Source: an uncultured Gammaproteobacteria bacterium (GTDB lineage: Bacteria; Pseudomonadota; Gammaproteobacteria; Magnimaribacterales; TMED112). From it: 64,000 nucleotides of DNA. The stretch is from NCBI GenBank assembly GCA_964575305.1, contig CAZNPG010000002.1, forward strand, positions 18,026 to 82,025, read 5' to 3'. The notes below the pieces were generated by a model that did no database searches, had not been told where the DNA came from, and saw nothing but the letters and a program-made list of their open reading frames with translations. Below are positions 28,627-38,063 of the stretch, piece by piece. A program made the position numbers and the translations under genes. The stretch's first letter is position 1. Each line of letters opens with the position of its first letter.

Positions 28627-29592
28627 ATGAAAAAAAATATTTTCCAAAAAGAAGCAAAAAAAGCGTTTTTAATAGAATTAGACGAATTAAAGGCCTTTTC
28701 TGAGTCAAAAAACTTCAATGTTGAAGAATTATGCTCAAATATTTTTAACTGTAAGGGGAAGGTTTTTATAACTGGTGTTGGGAAATCAGGGCATATAGCT
28801 AATAAAATTGCTGCCACTTTATCAAGCACCGGAACTCCATCTTTTTTTATTCACCCAGCAGAAGCATTGCATGGCGATCTTGGAATGATTGAGAAAAAGG
28901 ATGCCATTTTAGCAATCTCTAAATCAGGAGAGAGTAAAGAAATATGTGATCTTATTCCTGCCATTAAATTAAAAAAAATAGACCTTTACTCAATAACTGA
29001 AAATGTTAATTCAACTATAGCTAAAGCATCAAAAACACACATATTAGTGAAAGTAAAAAGAGAGGCATGTCCAAATGACTTAGCACCTACGTCTAGTACA
29101 ACAGTAACTCTAGCACTCGGTGACGCAATAGCAGTAGCACTTTTGAAAGCAAAAGGGTTTACTTCTGAGGATTTTGCAAAATCGCACCCAGGAGGAAAGC
29201 TTGGAAAAAAACTTACTCTGAGAGCAAGAGACCTAATGGTTCCTATTAATAGAGCTGCAGTTGTAAATACCACTGATACGATTAAAGATTTAATCTTTGA
29301 AGTTTCTGAAAAAAAACAAGGCATTGCATTAGTTAAAAAAGGTAAAAAGGTTGTTGGGGTCTTTACTGATGGTGACTTGAGAAGACAACTCAAGAAGAAT
29401 ATACAAATTGATAAAGTTGAATTAAGTACGGTAATTGCGAAAAAATTTAAAACTGTTAAATCAAGTGACTTGGTAGTAGAAGCAGCTAAAATGATGAAAA
29501 AATTTAAAGTCTATACTTTAGTTGTAGAGGAAAACAAAGATATTGTAGGCATCTTATCAATGCATGACATATTGGAAGCAAATGTTTTATAA
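28627..29592 (+). CDS. kdsD: Arabinose-5-phosphate isomerase (SIS + tandem CBS)
   Basis: 321 aa. GVGKSGHIANKIAATLSSTGTPSFFIHPAEALHGDLGMI is the KdsD SIS motif. A C-terminal CBS pair is present. Confidence 0.9.
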   Translation: MKKNIFQKEAKKAFLIELDELKAFSESKNFNVEELCSNIFNCKGKVFITGVGKSGHIANKIAATLSSTGTPSFFIHPAEALHGDLGMIEKKDAILAISKSGESKEICDLIPAIKLKKIDLYSITENVNSTIAKASKTHILVKVKREACPNDLAPTSSTTVTLALGDAIAVALLKAKGFTSEDFAKSHPGGKLGKKLTLRARDLMVPINRAAVVNTTDTIKDLIFEVSEKKQGIALVKKGKKVVGVFTDGDLRRQLKKNIQIDKVELSTVIAKKFKTVKSSDLVVEAAKMMKKFKVYTLVVEENKDIVGILSMHDILEANVL

Positions 29593-29965
29593 GCTACTTT
29601 TTTTATTATTTATTTCTTTGAGTGCCTTTTCTCAAGAATATGAGATTACATCTGAGAATATAGAAATAAATACAGACCTGAACACTATCAGCTATGAAAA
29701 TAAAGTTTTCTTCAGCTCTGAGAATATAAAATTCTCTGCAGACAAACTAAAACTTAACCAGAATAATGATTCTTTCACTGCCACAGGTATGCCAATAAAA
29801 ATAGTTTTTTTTGATGGGTCTGAATTTATTGAAGGTGAAGCAGAAATTATAGAAATAGACTCGGAGAGACTTGTGCTTTCAAAAAATGTTTCTGTGATTA
29901 AATCTGGAAATAAAATTAATTCAGAAAAAATGGTTGTTAAACTGAAAAAGAATGATAAAAGCTGA
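29582..29965 (+). CDS. lptA: OstA-fold LPS transport periplasmic protein, LptA-like (short, about 127 aa)
   Basis: It has the signal peptide MFYKLLFLLFISLSAFSQE. A repeated beta-jellyroll pattern (I.I.S......Y..NV......I.ADK....) aligns with LptA. It lies directly upstream of lptB. The start could also be ATG 29564. Confidence 0.6.
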   Translation: MFYKLLFLLFISLSAFSQEYEITSENIEINTDLNTISYENKVFFSSENIKFSADKLKLNQNNDSFTATGMPIKIVFFDGSEFIEGEAEIIEIDSERLVLSKNVSVIKSGNKINSEKMVVKLKKNDKS

Positions 29966-30662
29966 GAAAATAAGCAGATCTATAAATTCTAAATTACTAT
30001 TTAAAGATATATCTTTCGAGTTACCTAATAATAGAATTACAGGTCTATTAGGTGCAAATGGTGCTGGAAAAACAAGCCTTTTTAAAGCGCTTGCAGGTTT
30101 AACAAAAATAGATAATGGAACCTTGAGCTTTTTTGGGAAAAATCTTAACTCTATGAGTCTGGAAGAAAGATCAAATTCAGGACTGAACTATGTACCACAA
30201 GAAAATTCTCTCTTTGATGATTTGACGCTTAAAGAAAATTTGCAAGCAGTAGTAGAGTTAAAATACAAGAAAATATCAAAGGAAAAATCTTCTCAAATAG
30301 AGGAATTGCTAAAAAAAATGAGTTTGGAAGATAAAGCACACAGTCAAGCAAAGTTTCTTTCTGGTGGTGAAAAAAGAAAAACAGAAATACTTAGATCAAT
30401 CTTATTGGACGCTAAATTTATTTTGCTTGATGAGCCATTTGCTGGTGTTGATCCTATATCTGTTGAAGAAATCATTAAAATGCTCAAAGCTTTCAAGGAA
30501 AATATAGGAATATTTATTAGTGATCATAATTTTAGAGATGTTATAAATGTTTGTGATGAAATAATTCTTTTAAATCAAGGTGAAGTCTTATTAAAAGGCA
30601 CTCCTAATCAGGTTAAAAATGATCCAGTCGCTAAAAAGTTATATTTTGGCGAGCTGAATTAA
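29952..30662 (+). CDS. lptB: LPS export ABC transporter ATPase LptB
   Basis: 236 aa. It has Walker A GANGAGKTS, signature LSGGEKRKTEI and Walker B ILLDEPFAGVDP. Synteny with kdsD and lptA fits. Confidence 0.9.
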   Translation: MIKAEKISRSINSKLLFKDISFELPNNRITGLLGANGAGKTSLFKALAGLTKIDNGTLSFFGKNLNSMSLEERSNSGLNYVPQENSLFDDLTLKENLQAVVELKYKKISKEKSSQIEELLKKMSLEDKAHSQAKFLSGGEKRKTEILRSILLDAKFILLDEPFAGVDPISVEEIIKMLKAFKENIGIFISDHNFRDVINVCDEIILLNQGEVLLKGTPNQVKNDPVAKKLYFGELN

Positions 30663-30686
30663 GCGTTTTTCTTGTAGAATAGCCCA

Positions 30687-32030
30687 ATGGCTAACGAAAA
30701 TTTAGATAAACGATTTGAACTGATACAAGAAACATTCTCAAATCCAGAATTTAAAACAAAACTTGGAAGAATTTTAAGTGAAATGACTCCAAGTGAATTA
30801 GCTTATGTAATTGAATCATCTCCTCCTCATGAGAGAAAAATTATCTGGGATTTGATCCAACTTGATACCGAAGGAGAGGTTTTAGGTGAATTAGATGAGA
30901 GTCTAAGAGAAGATTTATTGGCAGGCATGAATCCTGAGGAAATTTCTGCTGCAATTAGTGATCTTGAAGTAGATGATCTAGCTGATATTCTTCAAACTCT
31001 TCCAGAAAAAATGACAAATGAAGTTTTGTCCTTAATGAATTCAAGAGATAGAGGAAGGGTAGAGAAAATTCTTGACTACCCAGAAGAATCAGCAGGCGGT
31101 CTCATGAATACTGATGTTATTACTGTTCGTGCAGAAAATTCTATTGAACTGGTAATGAGATATCTAAGGTTTCTAAAAGAATTACCTCAAAATACTGATG
31201 ATATCTATGTTGTATCAAAAAAAGATGAATATCTTGGAATACTTCCAATAACAAAAATTTTAACTTCTGATCCAAATTTAACTGTAAGAGAGGTAATGGA
31301 TACCGAATTTAGCCCTTTAAGCATAGAGAGTGATCAAATTGATATTTACAACCAATTTAAAACTAAAGATTTATTTTCAGCTCCTGTAGTAGATGAAAAT
31401 AACCATTTATTGGGGAGAATTACAGTTGATGACATTATAGAAGTAGCAGCAGATGAAGCAGAACAAGACTTTATTGGTTTTGCGCAGATCGAAGAAGATA
31501 TTTTTGCATCACCAAAGAAATCTATTCGAAATCGTCTTCTGTGGTTGTCGATAAATTTGCTGACAGCAATAATAGCTGCTTTCTCTATTAGTATTTTTGA
31601 AGATGTAATACAGCAGGTTGTATATGCTGCAATATTAATGCCGATTGTTGCAAGCATGGGGGGAATCGCAGCAACCCAAACATTAGGGATATATATTAGA
31701 GCTGAAGCAATGCGGCAATTAAATAGAAAAAATCTGCGCTACCTCTTTAGGAGAGAGTTTATTGTTGCTCTAGCTAATTGTGTTGTATTTTCTTTAGCAA
31801 TATATGCCATAACATCTTTTTGGTTTGCAGATTCATCTCTTTCTCTGGCAATAGCTCTTGCAATGATATTTAATCTGCTTGCTGCTGCCATTTTTGGCTT
31901 TTTATTTCCTCACCTTTTAAGAAAATTTGGATATGACCCTGCTATTGCTGGAGGTGTAGTGATTACTACATTTACAGATATCATTGGGTTTGTAAGTTTT
32001 CTTGGAATAATTAGCTTTCTTATTGCCTAG
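30687..32030 (+). CDS. mgtE: Magnesium transporter MgtE
   Basis: 447 aa. It has the MgtE N-domain, a CBS pair and five C-terminal TMs with PIVASMGGIAATQT. Confidence 0.9.
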   Translation: MANENLDKRFELIQETFSNPEFKTKLGRILSEMTPSELAYVIESSPPHERKIIWDLIQLDTEGEVLGELDESLREDLLAGMNPEEISAAISDLEVDDLADILQTLPEKMTNEVLSLMNSRDRGRVEKILDYPEESAGGLMNTDVITVRAENSIELVMRYLRFLKELPQNTDDIYVVSKKDEYLGILPITKILTSDPNLTVREVMDTEFSPLSIESDQIDIYNQFKTKDLFSAPVVDENNHLLGRITVDDIIEVAADEAEQDFIGFAQIEEDIFASPKKSIRNRLLWLSINLLTAIIAAFSISIFEDVIQQVVYAAILMPIVASMGGIAATQTLGIYIRAEAMRQLNRKNLRYLFRREFIVALANCVVFSLAIYAITSFWFADSSLSLAIALAMIFNLLAAAIFGFLFPHLLRKFGYDPAIAGGVVITTFTDIIGFVSFLGIISFLIA

Positions 32031-34071
32031 TCTCAATAGTTAAATTTTCTACGCTACCTGAAATACCATATTTTGTTTCTGTAATTTGATTAATTCCATC
32101 TTCAAGAACTCCTGTTACAACAACTGCGCCTGCCGCAGCTGGAAAGCCACCTAATATAGCAACATACCATGGTATATTTTGAGAAAGTGTAGAGTTAAAG
32201 CTCATCTCTAAATCAAAAGTATCAAAGGACTCTAGCTCAGAAGAAATAGTGCCTACTATCTCTGCATCACCAACATCAAAATTTAAATTTAAATTACTAA
32301 TGTTTGCGTACCCAGCGCTATCTGCAAAAAACTCTCCAGAAAGAGAATTTATAAAAAAGTTATTTTGATCTAATTTATCAAAATCTGCATTTAAAATATT
32401 TACTAATCTAGATCTTATGTCTATCAAAGAGAGAACTCGTAAAGCATCAATAGTAAACGTTGAATCAGTATAAGAAATATCTTTACCTGAGACCTTGACC
32501 AATCCACCATAACTCATATTGGTGTCTTTAAAGTTTATGTAGCTATTACTGAATGAGAGATTGAATTCTGTAAACTCAAGGTTCGAGTCACGGGCTGGAT
32601 TTTCACTACTATTCAAAAGCCCAAAATTTGCATTTAGATTACTTAATTCCATATCATTGAAATTAAATTCAAAAGAACTTTTTTGGGTGTTTTCTAGAGA
32701 AAAGTAATTTGAATTAAATTCACTTGGATATATTTTAAAACCACCATTAATAGTTTCGTAATTATCTAGAATATTGAAATCAAAATATATTTCATCTGCA
32801 TTTAGAAGAATTCTATTCTTATTGAAAGATACATTGAAATCAGAGTCTAAGGTAGGTATTTTTCCATCTATGCTTTTTAAAATACCTTCATCATTAAACT
32901 GGACAGTAAAGTTATCATAATCATTTAGCACTAATTTATAATTAGCATCATCCATTAATTTTCTAGATAAAAAAACCTTTCCGAGATCGAAATCAGTTAG
33001 CTTTAAACCATCTCCAAAAATTCTTAAAGAACTATTATCGATGTAGAAATTGGTAGATTTGGTTGCTAAATCTAATCCAGATACCTTTAAAGAGCCATCT
33101 TGTGCCTTCATTACTACATTAAAATTTGAGTCATTACCAAAATCTGTAAAAGAAAGCAGTAAATCTAAATTGCTTGTTTCAAAATTAGAATTTTCTAAAA
33201 AAAGCTTTACATTATCTGCAGTTGAAGGAATCAGATTGATGACATCGCTTTGATTTCCCTTTACCCATAACTCCAGCAAAAAAGAATCATCATATTTAAA
33301 AGATGATTTTATGTTTTTAATTCCATCACTGGCTGAAAGTTTAGCAAAGGGGATAGAGAAATCATTATTTAGGTCAATCTCTATATAACCCTTCAGATTC
33401 TTAAACTCACTTGGGGCATCATAAAATGTAAAATCAATAAGAACTTCATTTGAATCAACATTCAAGAAAAGCTTATTTTCTGAAAAATATCCTCTGCCAT
33501 TAAATTGATCTAATGAATTGATGCTTCCAGGCAGATCTATGCTCAAATCATTAAATGCAAAGCCAATTTCTGCTGCTTGAGAAAGAAAATTATTCAGTTC
33601 CAATCTTTTGAATTCAATGTTTCCAGCTTTTAAATTAGTTATTGATAGTTCATTTATATAGATATCAGGTTGTATGGCTTCATCAGTGGACGACTCATCA
33701 TTGAGTTTTACTTCACTATTATAAAGTTCAAGACTTGGAATATAGATTACTTTTCCAATGAGTGAATTAAGAAAGTTGATTTCTAGATTAATTCTATCGC
33801 CTGAAAAATTTGCTGCTCCTAAAAAAGAGAAGCCTTCAATATCAACCCTCATTCCTAGCAAACTTGGTTCAATTGAAATATCTTCAAATTTTATATTTTC
33901 CCCAAATAATAGTTTAGATGTCTGTTTGGATCCAAAATCTGTTGTTAGAAATAAGCAAAAGGAATAAAAACTTATGATCAGGATTGCAATTACATATAAG
34001 AAAAGCCTTATTGGCCAAATTAAATATTTTTTAACCATTTTTGTCTCTGGTTTATGAAAATAAGTGTCCAT
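32020..34071 (-). CDS. AsmA-like/YhdP-like membrane-anchored protein (about 672-683 aa, roughly half the length of E. coli YhdP)
   Basis: It has an N-terminal TM anchor and a long, beta-rich, N/S/F/D-rich body. The C-terminus WYVAILGGFPAAAGAVVVTGVLEDGINQITETKYGISGSVENLTIE resembles the YhdP C-terminal motif (..VNPIVGAAVFAASKVLGPLWSKVSILRYHISGPLDDPQINE). It lies downstream of mreBCD, where yhdP sits in E. coli and Pseudomonas. The start may be ATG 34038. Confidence 0.55.
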   Translation of the reverse strand: MDTYFHKPETKMVKKYLIWPIRLFLYVIAILIISFYSFCLFLTTDFGSKQTSKLLFGENIKFEDISIEPSLLGMRVDIEGFSFLGAANFSGDRINLEINFLNSLIGKVIYIPSLELYNSEVKLNDESSTDEAIQPDIYINELSITNLKAGNIEFKRLELNNFLSQAAEIGFAFNDLSIDLPGSINSLDQFNGRGYFSENKLFLNVDSNEVLIDFTFYDAPSEFKNLKGYIEIDLNNDFSIPFAKLSASDGIKNIKSSFKYDDSFLLELWVKGNQSDVINLIPSTADNVKLFLENSNFETSNLDLLLSFTDFGNDSNFNVVMKAQDGSLKVSGLDLATKSTNFYIDNSSLRIFGDGLKLTDFDLGKVFLSRKLMDDANYKLVLNDYDNFTVQFNDEGILKSIDGKIPTLDSDFNVSFNKNRILLNADEIYFDFNILDNYETINGGFKIYPSEFNSNYFSLENTQKSSFEFNFNDMELSNLNANFGLLNSSENPARDSNLEFTEFNLSFSNSYINFKDTNMSYGGLVKVSGKDISYTDSTFTIDALRVLSLIDIRSRLVNILNADFDKLDQNNFFINSLSGEFFADSAGYANISNLNLNFDVGDAEIVGTISSELESFDTFDLEMSFNSTLSQNIPWYVAILGGFPAAAGAVVVTGVLEDGINQITETKYGISGSVENLTIETRQ

Positions 34072-34478
34072 ACTAATGAGTTAAGTAAGGGATTAAGCAA
34101 AATTCTAATATTCATACCATCAGCGTAGCTATTGCTCATGAAAAGCATAATATTTAAAGCAAGAGAGATAGAGCTTATTAAAATTATTTGCTCTAGGAGC
34201 GACCTCTGAATCCATTTTAATGTAGAGAAGTTAAGGTATAACCCAATAATTCCAAAGGTTATGGTATATGGCAAAGTTACATTACTGAAAAAAAGATCTA
34301 TCAGAAAACCTTTAAATATAAAAAAATATATATTTGGTATTTTCTTCACAAAAGTAGTCATTACTAATGTATTTATTAAAAAAATATCAGGTGTAATTGA
34401 CCAAATACTGGATGCTAAGAAAATCTGATTAATGATGACTAGTACAAAAAGACTCAAATATCTAAATAGCTCATTCAT
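34020..34478 (-). CDS. mreD: Rod shape-determining protein MreD
   Basis: 152 aa and polytopic. It lies immediately after mreC with an 8-nt overlap. The call rests on position and architecture. Confidence 0.75.
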   Translation of the reverse strand: MNELFRYLSLFVLVIINQIFLASSIWSITPDIFLINTLVMTTFVKKIPNIYFFIFKGFLIDLFFSNVTLPYTITFGIIGLYLNFSTLKWIQRSLLEQIILISSISLALNIMLFMSNSYADGMNIRILLNPLLNSLVWTLIFINQRQKWLKNI

Positions 34479-35268
34479 GCAGAATCACCTTCTTATCAAT
34501 AGATTGAAATGGATCAAAAAATAGCTGTATTTCTAAATTTTGTTGAAAAATATTTGAATCAGCATTTGAGATATTAATCAATCTTCCAACTATGAGGCCT
34601 TGAGGGTATATTCCATCAAAGCCAGTTGTAAAAAAAGTATCGCCCTTGCTATAACTAACAGCTTTTGACTCATTATTGCAATTGATTAATCTTCTCTTTC
34701 CTGAGCCTTTAGCAATGCAATAAAAACCATTAATATTTTTTATTGAAATATACTCCTCAGGATCACTTAAAAGTCTCACTTCTATTTCATTGCTAGAAAT
34801 ATTTTTTGTCTTTCCAACAGCAAAACTGCCATGAGACACAGCAAAAATTCCACTGATGATTGTCTCAGGATTATTGAGATAGACCCTATGCTTATTACAA
34901 CAGGTGAAATTCATTTGATCAAAAGAATTAATATGCAGCTCAGCATCACTTTTTTCTGAAAATATTAAATTAGAGTAAGAAGTTGAATTTTCTAGAGACC
35001 TTATCTTAAGTTCACTTTCATAGATATCATTTTGTAGTTTAATTATCTCTTCTTCTAAAGAAGCAATTCTTTGATTCTCAAACTCTTGATATTCTTGCAA
35101 AATTTGTGAAATGAATTGTTGAGGTACGTTTAAAAATTTTACTAATAACCTTTGTGATTTTTCATTAAGTTTAAAAGCATCAGATAGATATATAAGAAGG
35201 CAAGCAAAAATAAAAGCTAGCAGAATTAATCTTATTTTCTTCTGAATTGGAAGAATGTTTGATGACAT
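34471..35268 (-). CDS. mreC: Rod shape-determining protein MreC
   Basis: 265 aa. It has an N-terminal TM, a coiled coil (LEEEIIKLQNDIYESELKIRSLE) and a beta-rich C-domain (GIYPQGLIVGRL). Confidence 0.85.
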   Translation of the reverse strand: MSSNILPIQKKIRLILLAFIFACLLIYLSDAFKLNEKSQRLLVKFLNVPQQFISQILQEYQEFENQRIASLEEEIIKLQNDIYESELKIRSLENSTSYSNLIFSEKSDAELHINSFDQMNFTCCNKHRVYLNNPETIISGIFAVSHGSFAVGKTKNISSNEIEVRLLSDPEEYISIKNINGFYCIAKGSGKRRLINCNNESKAVSYSKGDTFFTTGFDGIYPQGLIVGRLINISNADSNIFQQNLEIQLFFDPFQSIDKKVILHE

Positions 35269-36308
35269 TACTCTTCAGCAAATAGGTCGAAATCTTTGTC
35301 CATTAGGCCAAGCGCAATACCACCACCTCGTGCAACACAAGTTAATGGGTCATCAGCAACTCTAGTAGGTATGCCAGTAGACTGCTCAATCAATGTATCT
35401 AAACAATGCAATAATGCACCACCCCCAGTCAGAACGATACCATCTTGAGAAATATCCGCTGCAAGCTCAGGTGGTGAAAGTTCAAGAGCTGTTCTTACAG
35501 ATCTAACAATTGCAGATGTTTGATTTTCTAGCGCCCTAAAACCATCCTCTTTTTGGAATACGACTAGTTCTGGTATACCTTCTGCAAGGTTTCTTCCTCT
35601 AAACTCATAAGGCTCAAAATCTTTTTTGCAATTTAATGTTGCACAACCAACCTGAAGTTTTATTAGTTCAGCAGTTGATTCTCCAATTACTACTCCAAAT
35701 TTTCTTCGCACATATGTCTGTATGGCTTCATCGAATTTATCCCCTCCAACTTTAAGAGATTCAGAGTATACAATCCCATTCAAAGATAAAATTGCAACTT
35801 CAGAGGTTCCACCACCAATATCAATAACCATACTTCCTCTCGGCTTATCAATCTCTACACCTGCTCCGAGTGCCGCTGCAATTGGTTCTTCTATAAGTTT
35901 TACCACACTTGCTCCTGCAGATAATGCCGATTCTCTTATCGCTCTTTTTTCAACTTGAGTTGCTTTAGATGGAACACAGACTAGAACTCTAGGACTAGGA
36001 GAAAGAATAGAATTATTTGAAACTTTTTTTATAAAATGTTGGAGCATTTTTTCAGTGACATTAAAGTCAGCGATAACCCCGTCTCTTAAAGGTCTTATTG
36101 CTTCCATTTGCCCAGGTGTTCTCCCAAGCATTTTTTTAGCATCATGACCTACAGCTACAACTGTTTTTTGACCACTTCTTTCTTGTATTGCTACAACTGA
36201 CGGCTCATCCAATACTATGCCATCATCTTTTGTGTAAATTAAAGTGTTCGCCGTACCCAAGTCAATGGATATATCATTTGAAAAAAGACTGCGTAAAAAC
36301 TTAAACAT
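35268..36308 (-). CDS. mreB: Rod shape-determining actin homologue MreB
   Basis: 346 aa. It has the motifs [20 protein letters not shown] and VLTGGGALL. Confidence 0.95.
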   Translation of the reverse strand: MFKFLRSLFSNDISIDLGTANTLIYTKDDGIVLDEPSVVAIQERSGQKTVVAVGHDAKKMLGRTPGQMEAIRPLRDGVIADFNVTEKMLQHFIKKVSNNSILSPSPRVLVCVPSKATQVEKRAIRESALSAGASVVKLIEEPIAAALGAGVEIDKPRGSMVIDIGGGTSEVAILSLNGIVYSESLKVGGDKFDEAIQTYVRRKFGVVIGESTAELIKLQVGCATLNCKKDFEPYEFRGRNLAEGIPELVVFQKEDGFRALENQTSAIVRSVRTALELSPPELAADISQDGIVLTGGGALLHCLDTLIEQSTGIPTRVADDPLTCVARGGGIALGLMDKDFDLFAEE

Positions 36309-36320
36309 TTCTAATATATC

Positions 36321-36345
36321 TCTATAATATTCAGAATCTTATAGA
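36321..36345. promoter_or_regulatory. 25-bp near-perfect palindrome in the 49-bp mreB/gatC divergent spacer; candidate symmetric bidirectional promoter or operator
   Basis: In TCTATAATATTCAGAATCTTATAGA, 22 of 25 positions are self-complementary. The left arm gives TATAAT on the + strand (towards gatC). The right arm gives TATAAG on the - strand (towards mreB). Confidence 0.35.
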
Positions 36346-36357
36346 ATAAGGCTTTTA

Positions 36358-36639
36358 ATGGATAAAATCGAGATAAAAAATCTTTTATTTCTTGCACGAA
36401 TCAGTGCTGATGAAAAAGAACACACTAAAATCATTGAAAAATTGAAAAATACTTTCAATTTAATAGATGAAATGCAAGATTTAGACCTTTCTGATTTAGA
36501 GCCCTTAAATAATCCTCTAGAACTAAATAACGTCTCTAGAGAAGATGTTAATAATGATAGAAATTCAAAGGCTGATTTTCTTGAGAACTCACCAGAATCT
36601 GATGAAGATTACTTTTTGGTACCCAAGATAATAGAATGA
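36358..36639 (+). CDS. gatC: Asp/Glu-tRNA amidotransferase subunit C
   Basis: 93 aa. It lies upstream of and overlaps gatA by 4 nt. It has a typical GatC N-terminus (I.NL..LARI....EE). Confidence 0.85.
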   Translation: MDKIEIKNLLFLARISADEKEHTKIIEKLKNTFNLIDEMQDLDLSDLEPLNNPLELNNVSREDVNNDRNSKADFLENSPESDEDYFLVPKIIE

Positions 36640-38063
36640 ATTTCAAAGAACAGAGAGATAACTTTAGAACAAAAAAAGTTTCTGCTAAAGAAGCAGTTCA
36701 AGAATCAATAAAAAAAGTTAATGGCGATAATTTAAATATTTTCATAAATACTTTTCAGACGGAAGCCCTAAAACAAGCTGAGTACATAGATAATAATTTT
36801 GATAAATTTAAGAATGCTCCTTTATCAGGAATACCAATAGCTCACAAAGATATTTTTTGCACTAAAGGCTTGCCGACAACTTGCGGATCTAAAATGTTGG
36901 AAAATTTTGTTCCACCATATGATTCAACAGTAATTCATAACTGTAGTGAAGCTGGCTCAGTGATGGTTGGCAAAACTAATATGGATGAGTTTGCTATGGG
37001 TTCTTCAAATGAAACAAGTTTTTTTGGTCCAGTCTCTAACCCATGGAACCCTGATTTAGTTCCAGGAGGCAGTTCAGGTGGTGCAGCAGCATGTGTTGCA
37101 GCCAATATCACTTCTATTTCAACAGGAACTGATACTGGAGGCTCTATAAGGCAACCAGCAGCCCTTTGTGGAATCACGGGCCTGAAACCTACATATGGTT
37201 TGGTTTCAAGATGGGGAATGATTGCTTTCTGTTCGAGCATGGATCAAGCTGGACCCTTTTCCAGAGATGCTTTTGGTTGTGCAGCATTATTGGATGCAAT
37301 GGCATCTTATGATAGTAAAGACTCAACATCTACAAAAAGACCGGACAAAAATTTTGAAAAGCTGCTAACTGAAGATTTTGGTTCATTAAAAATAGGAGTA
37401 ATAAAAGATATTGATAATTTTGGCATTAATTCAGATGTAATGCAGTCTTATGAAGCTTCTAAAACTGTTATTTCTGGATTAGGCCATGAGCTTAAAGAAG
37501 TTGATTTTTCAGAGCTATCTTCTGGAATATGTTCGTATTATGTAATAGCTCCTGCTGAATGCTCCTCAAATTTATCCAGATTTGATGGTGTTAAATATGG
37601 TCATAGAGCTAGTGATCAAAAAGATATTTCTAAACTTTATATGGAAACAAGATCAGAAGCCTTTGGTGATGAAGTTAAAAAAAGAATATTGATAGGAACA
37701 CATGTTCTATCGGCTGGTTTCTACGATGCATATTACTTGCAAGCCCAAAAAGTAAGAAGAATGATCAAAAATAAATTTGAAAACATCTTCAAAGATGTTG
37801 ATCTAATTTTTATGCCAACAACTTTAGACCAAGCATTTGAAAAAAATAGAGAATCTAACGACCCTAATAGAATGTACAAAGAAGATTTGCTTACTATTCC
37901 TGCAAATTTAGCAGGTTTGCCTGCTATTTCTTTTCCCAATGGCTTTAAAAATAACCTACCAATTGGTGGACAATTTGTAGGGAATTATTTTAGTGAAGAT
38001 TTGTTACTTGCCACTACTCATAAAATACAGGAGGTGTCAGATTGGCACAAAATGACACCTTAA
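36636..38063 (+). CDS. gatA: Asp/Glu-tRNA amidotransferase subunit A
   Basis: 475 aa. It has the amidase signature GGSSGGAAACVA...GTDTGGSIRQPAA. Confidence 0.95.
   Translation: MNFKEQRDNFRTKKVSAKEAVQESIKKVNGDNLNIFINTFQTEALKQAEYIDNNFDKFKNAPLSGIPIAHKDIFCTKGLPTTCGSKMLENFVPPYDSTVIHNCSEAGSVMVGKTNMDEFAMGSSNETSFFGPVSNPWNPDLVPGGSSGGAAACVAANITSISTGTDTGGSIRQPAALCGITGLKPTYGLVSRWGMIAFCSSMDQAGPFSRDAFGCAALLDAMASYDSKDSTSTKRPDKNFEKLLTEDFGSLKIGVIKDIDNFGINSDVMQSYEASKTVISGLGHELKEVDFSELSSGICSYYVIAPAECSSNLSRFDGVKYGHRASDQKDISKLYMETRSEAFGDEVKKRILIGTHVLSAGFYDAYYLQAQKVRRMIKNKFENIFKDVDLIFMPTTLDQAFEKNRESNDPNRMYKEDLLTIPANLAGLPAISFPNGFKNNLPIGGQFVGNYFSEDLLLATTHKIQEVSDWHKMTP

Noticed and set aside
28608-28829. A 74-codon upstream extension of the mlaC ORF that overlaps kdsD on the opposite strand.
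   Set aside because: The internal ATG at 28607 is followed immediately by a typical signal peptide. The extension has no features and would overlap the well-supported kdsD N-terminus by about 200 nt.
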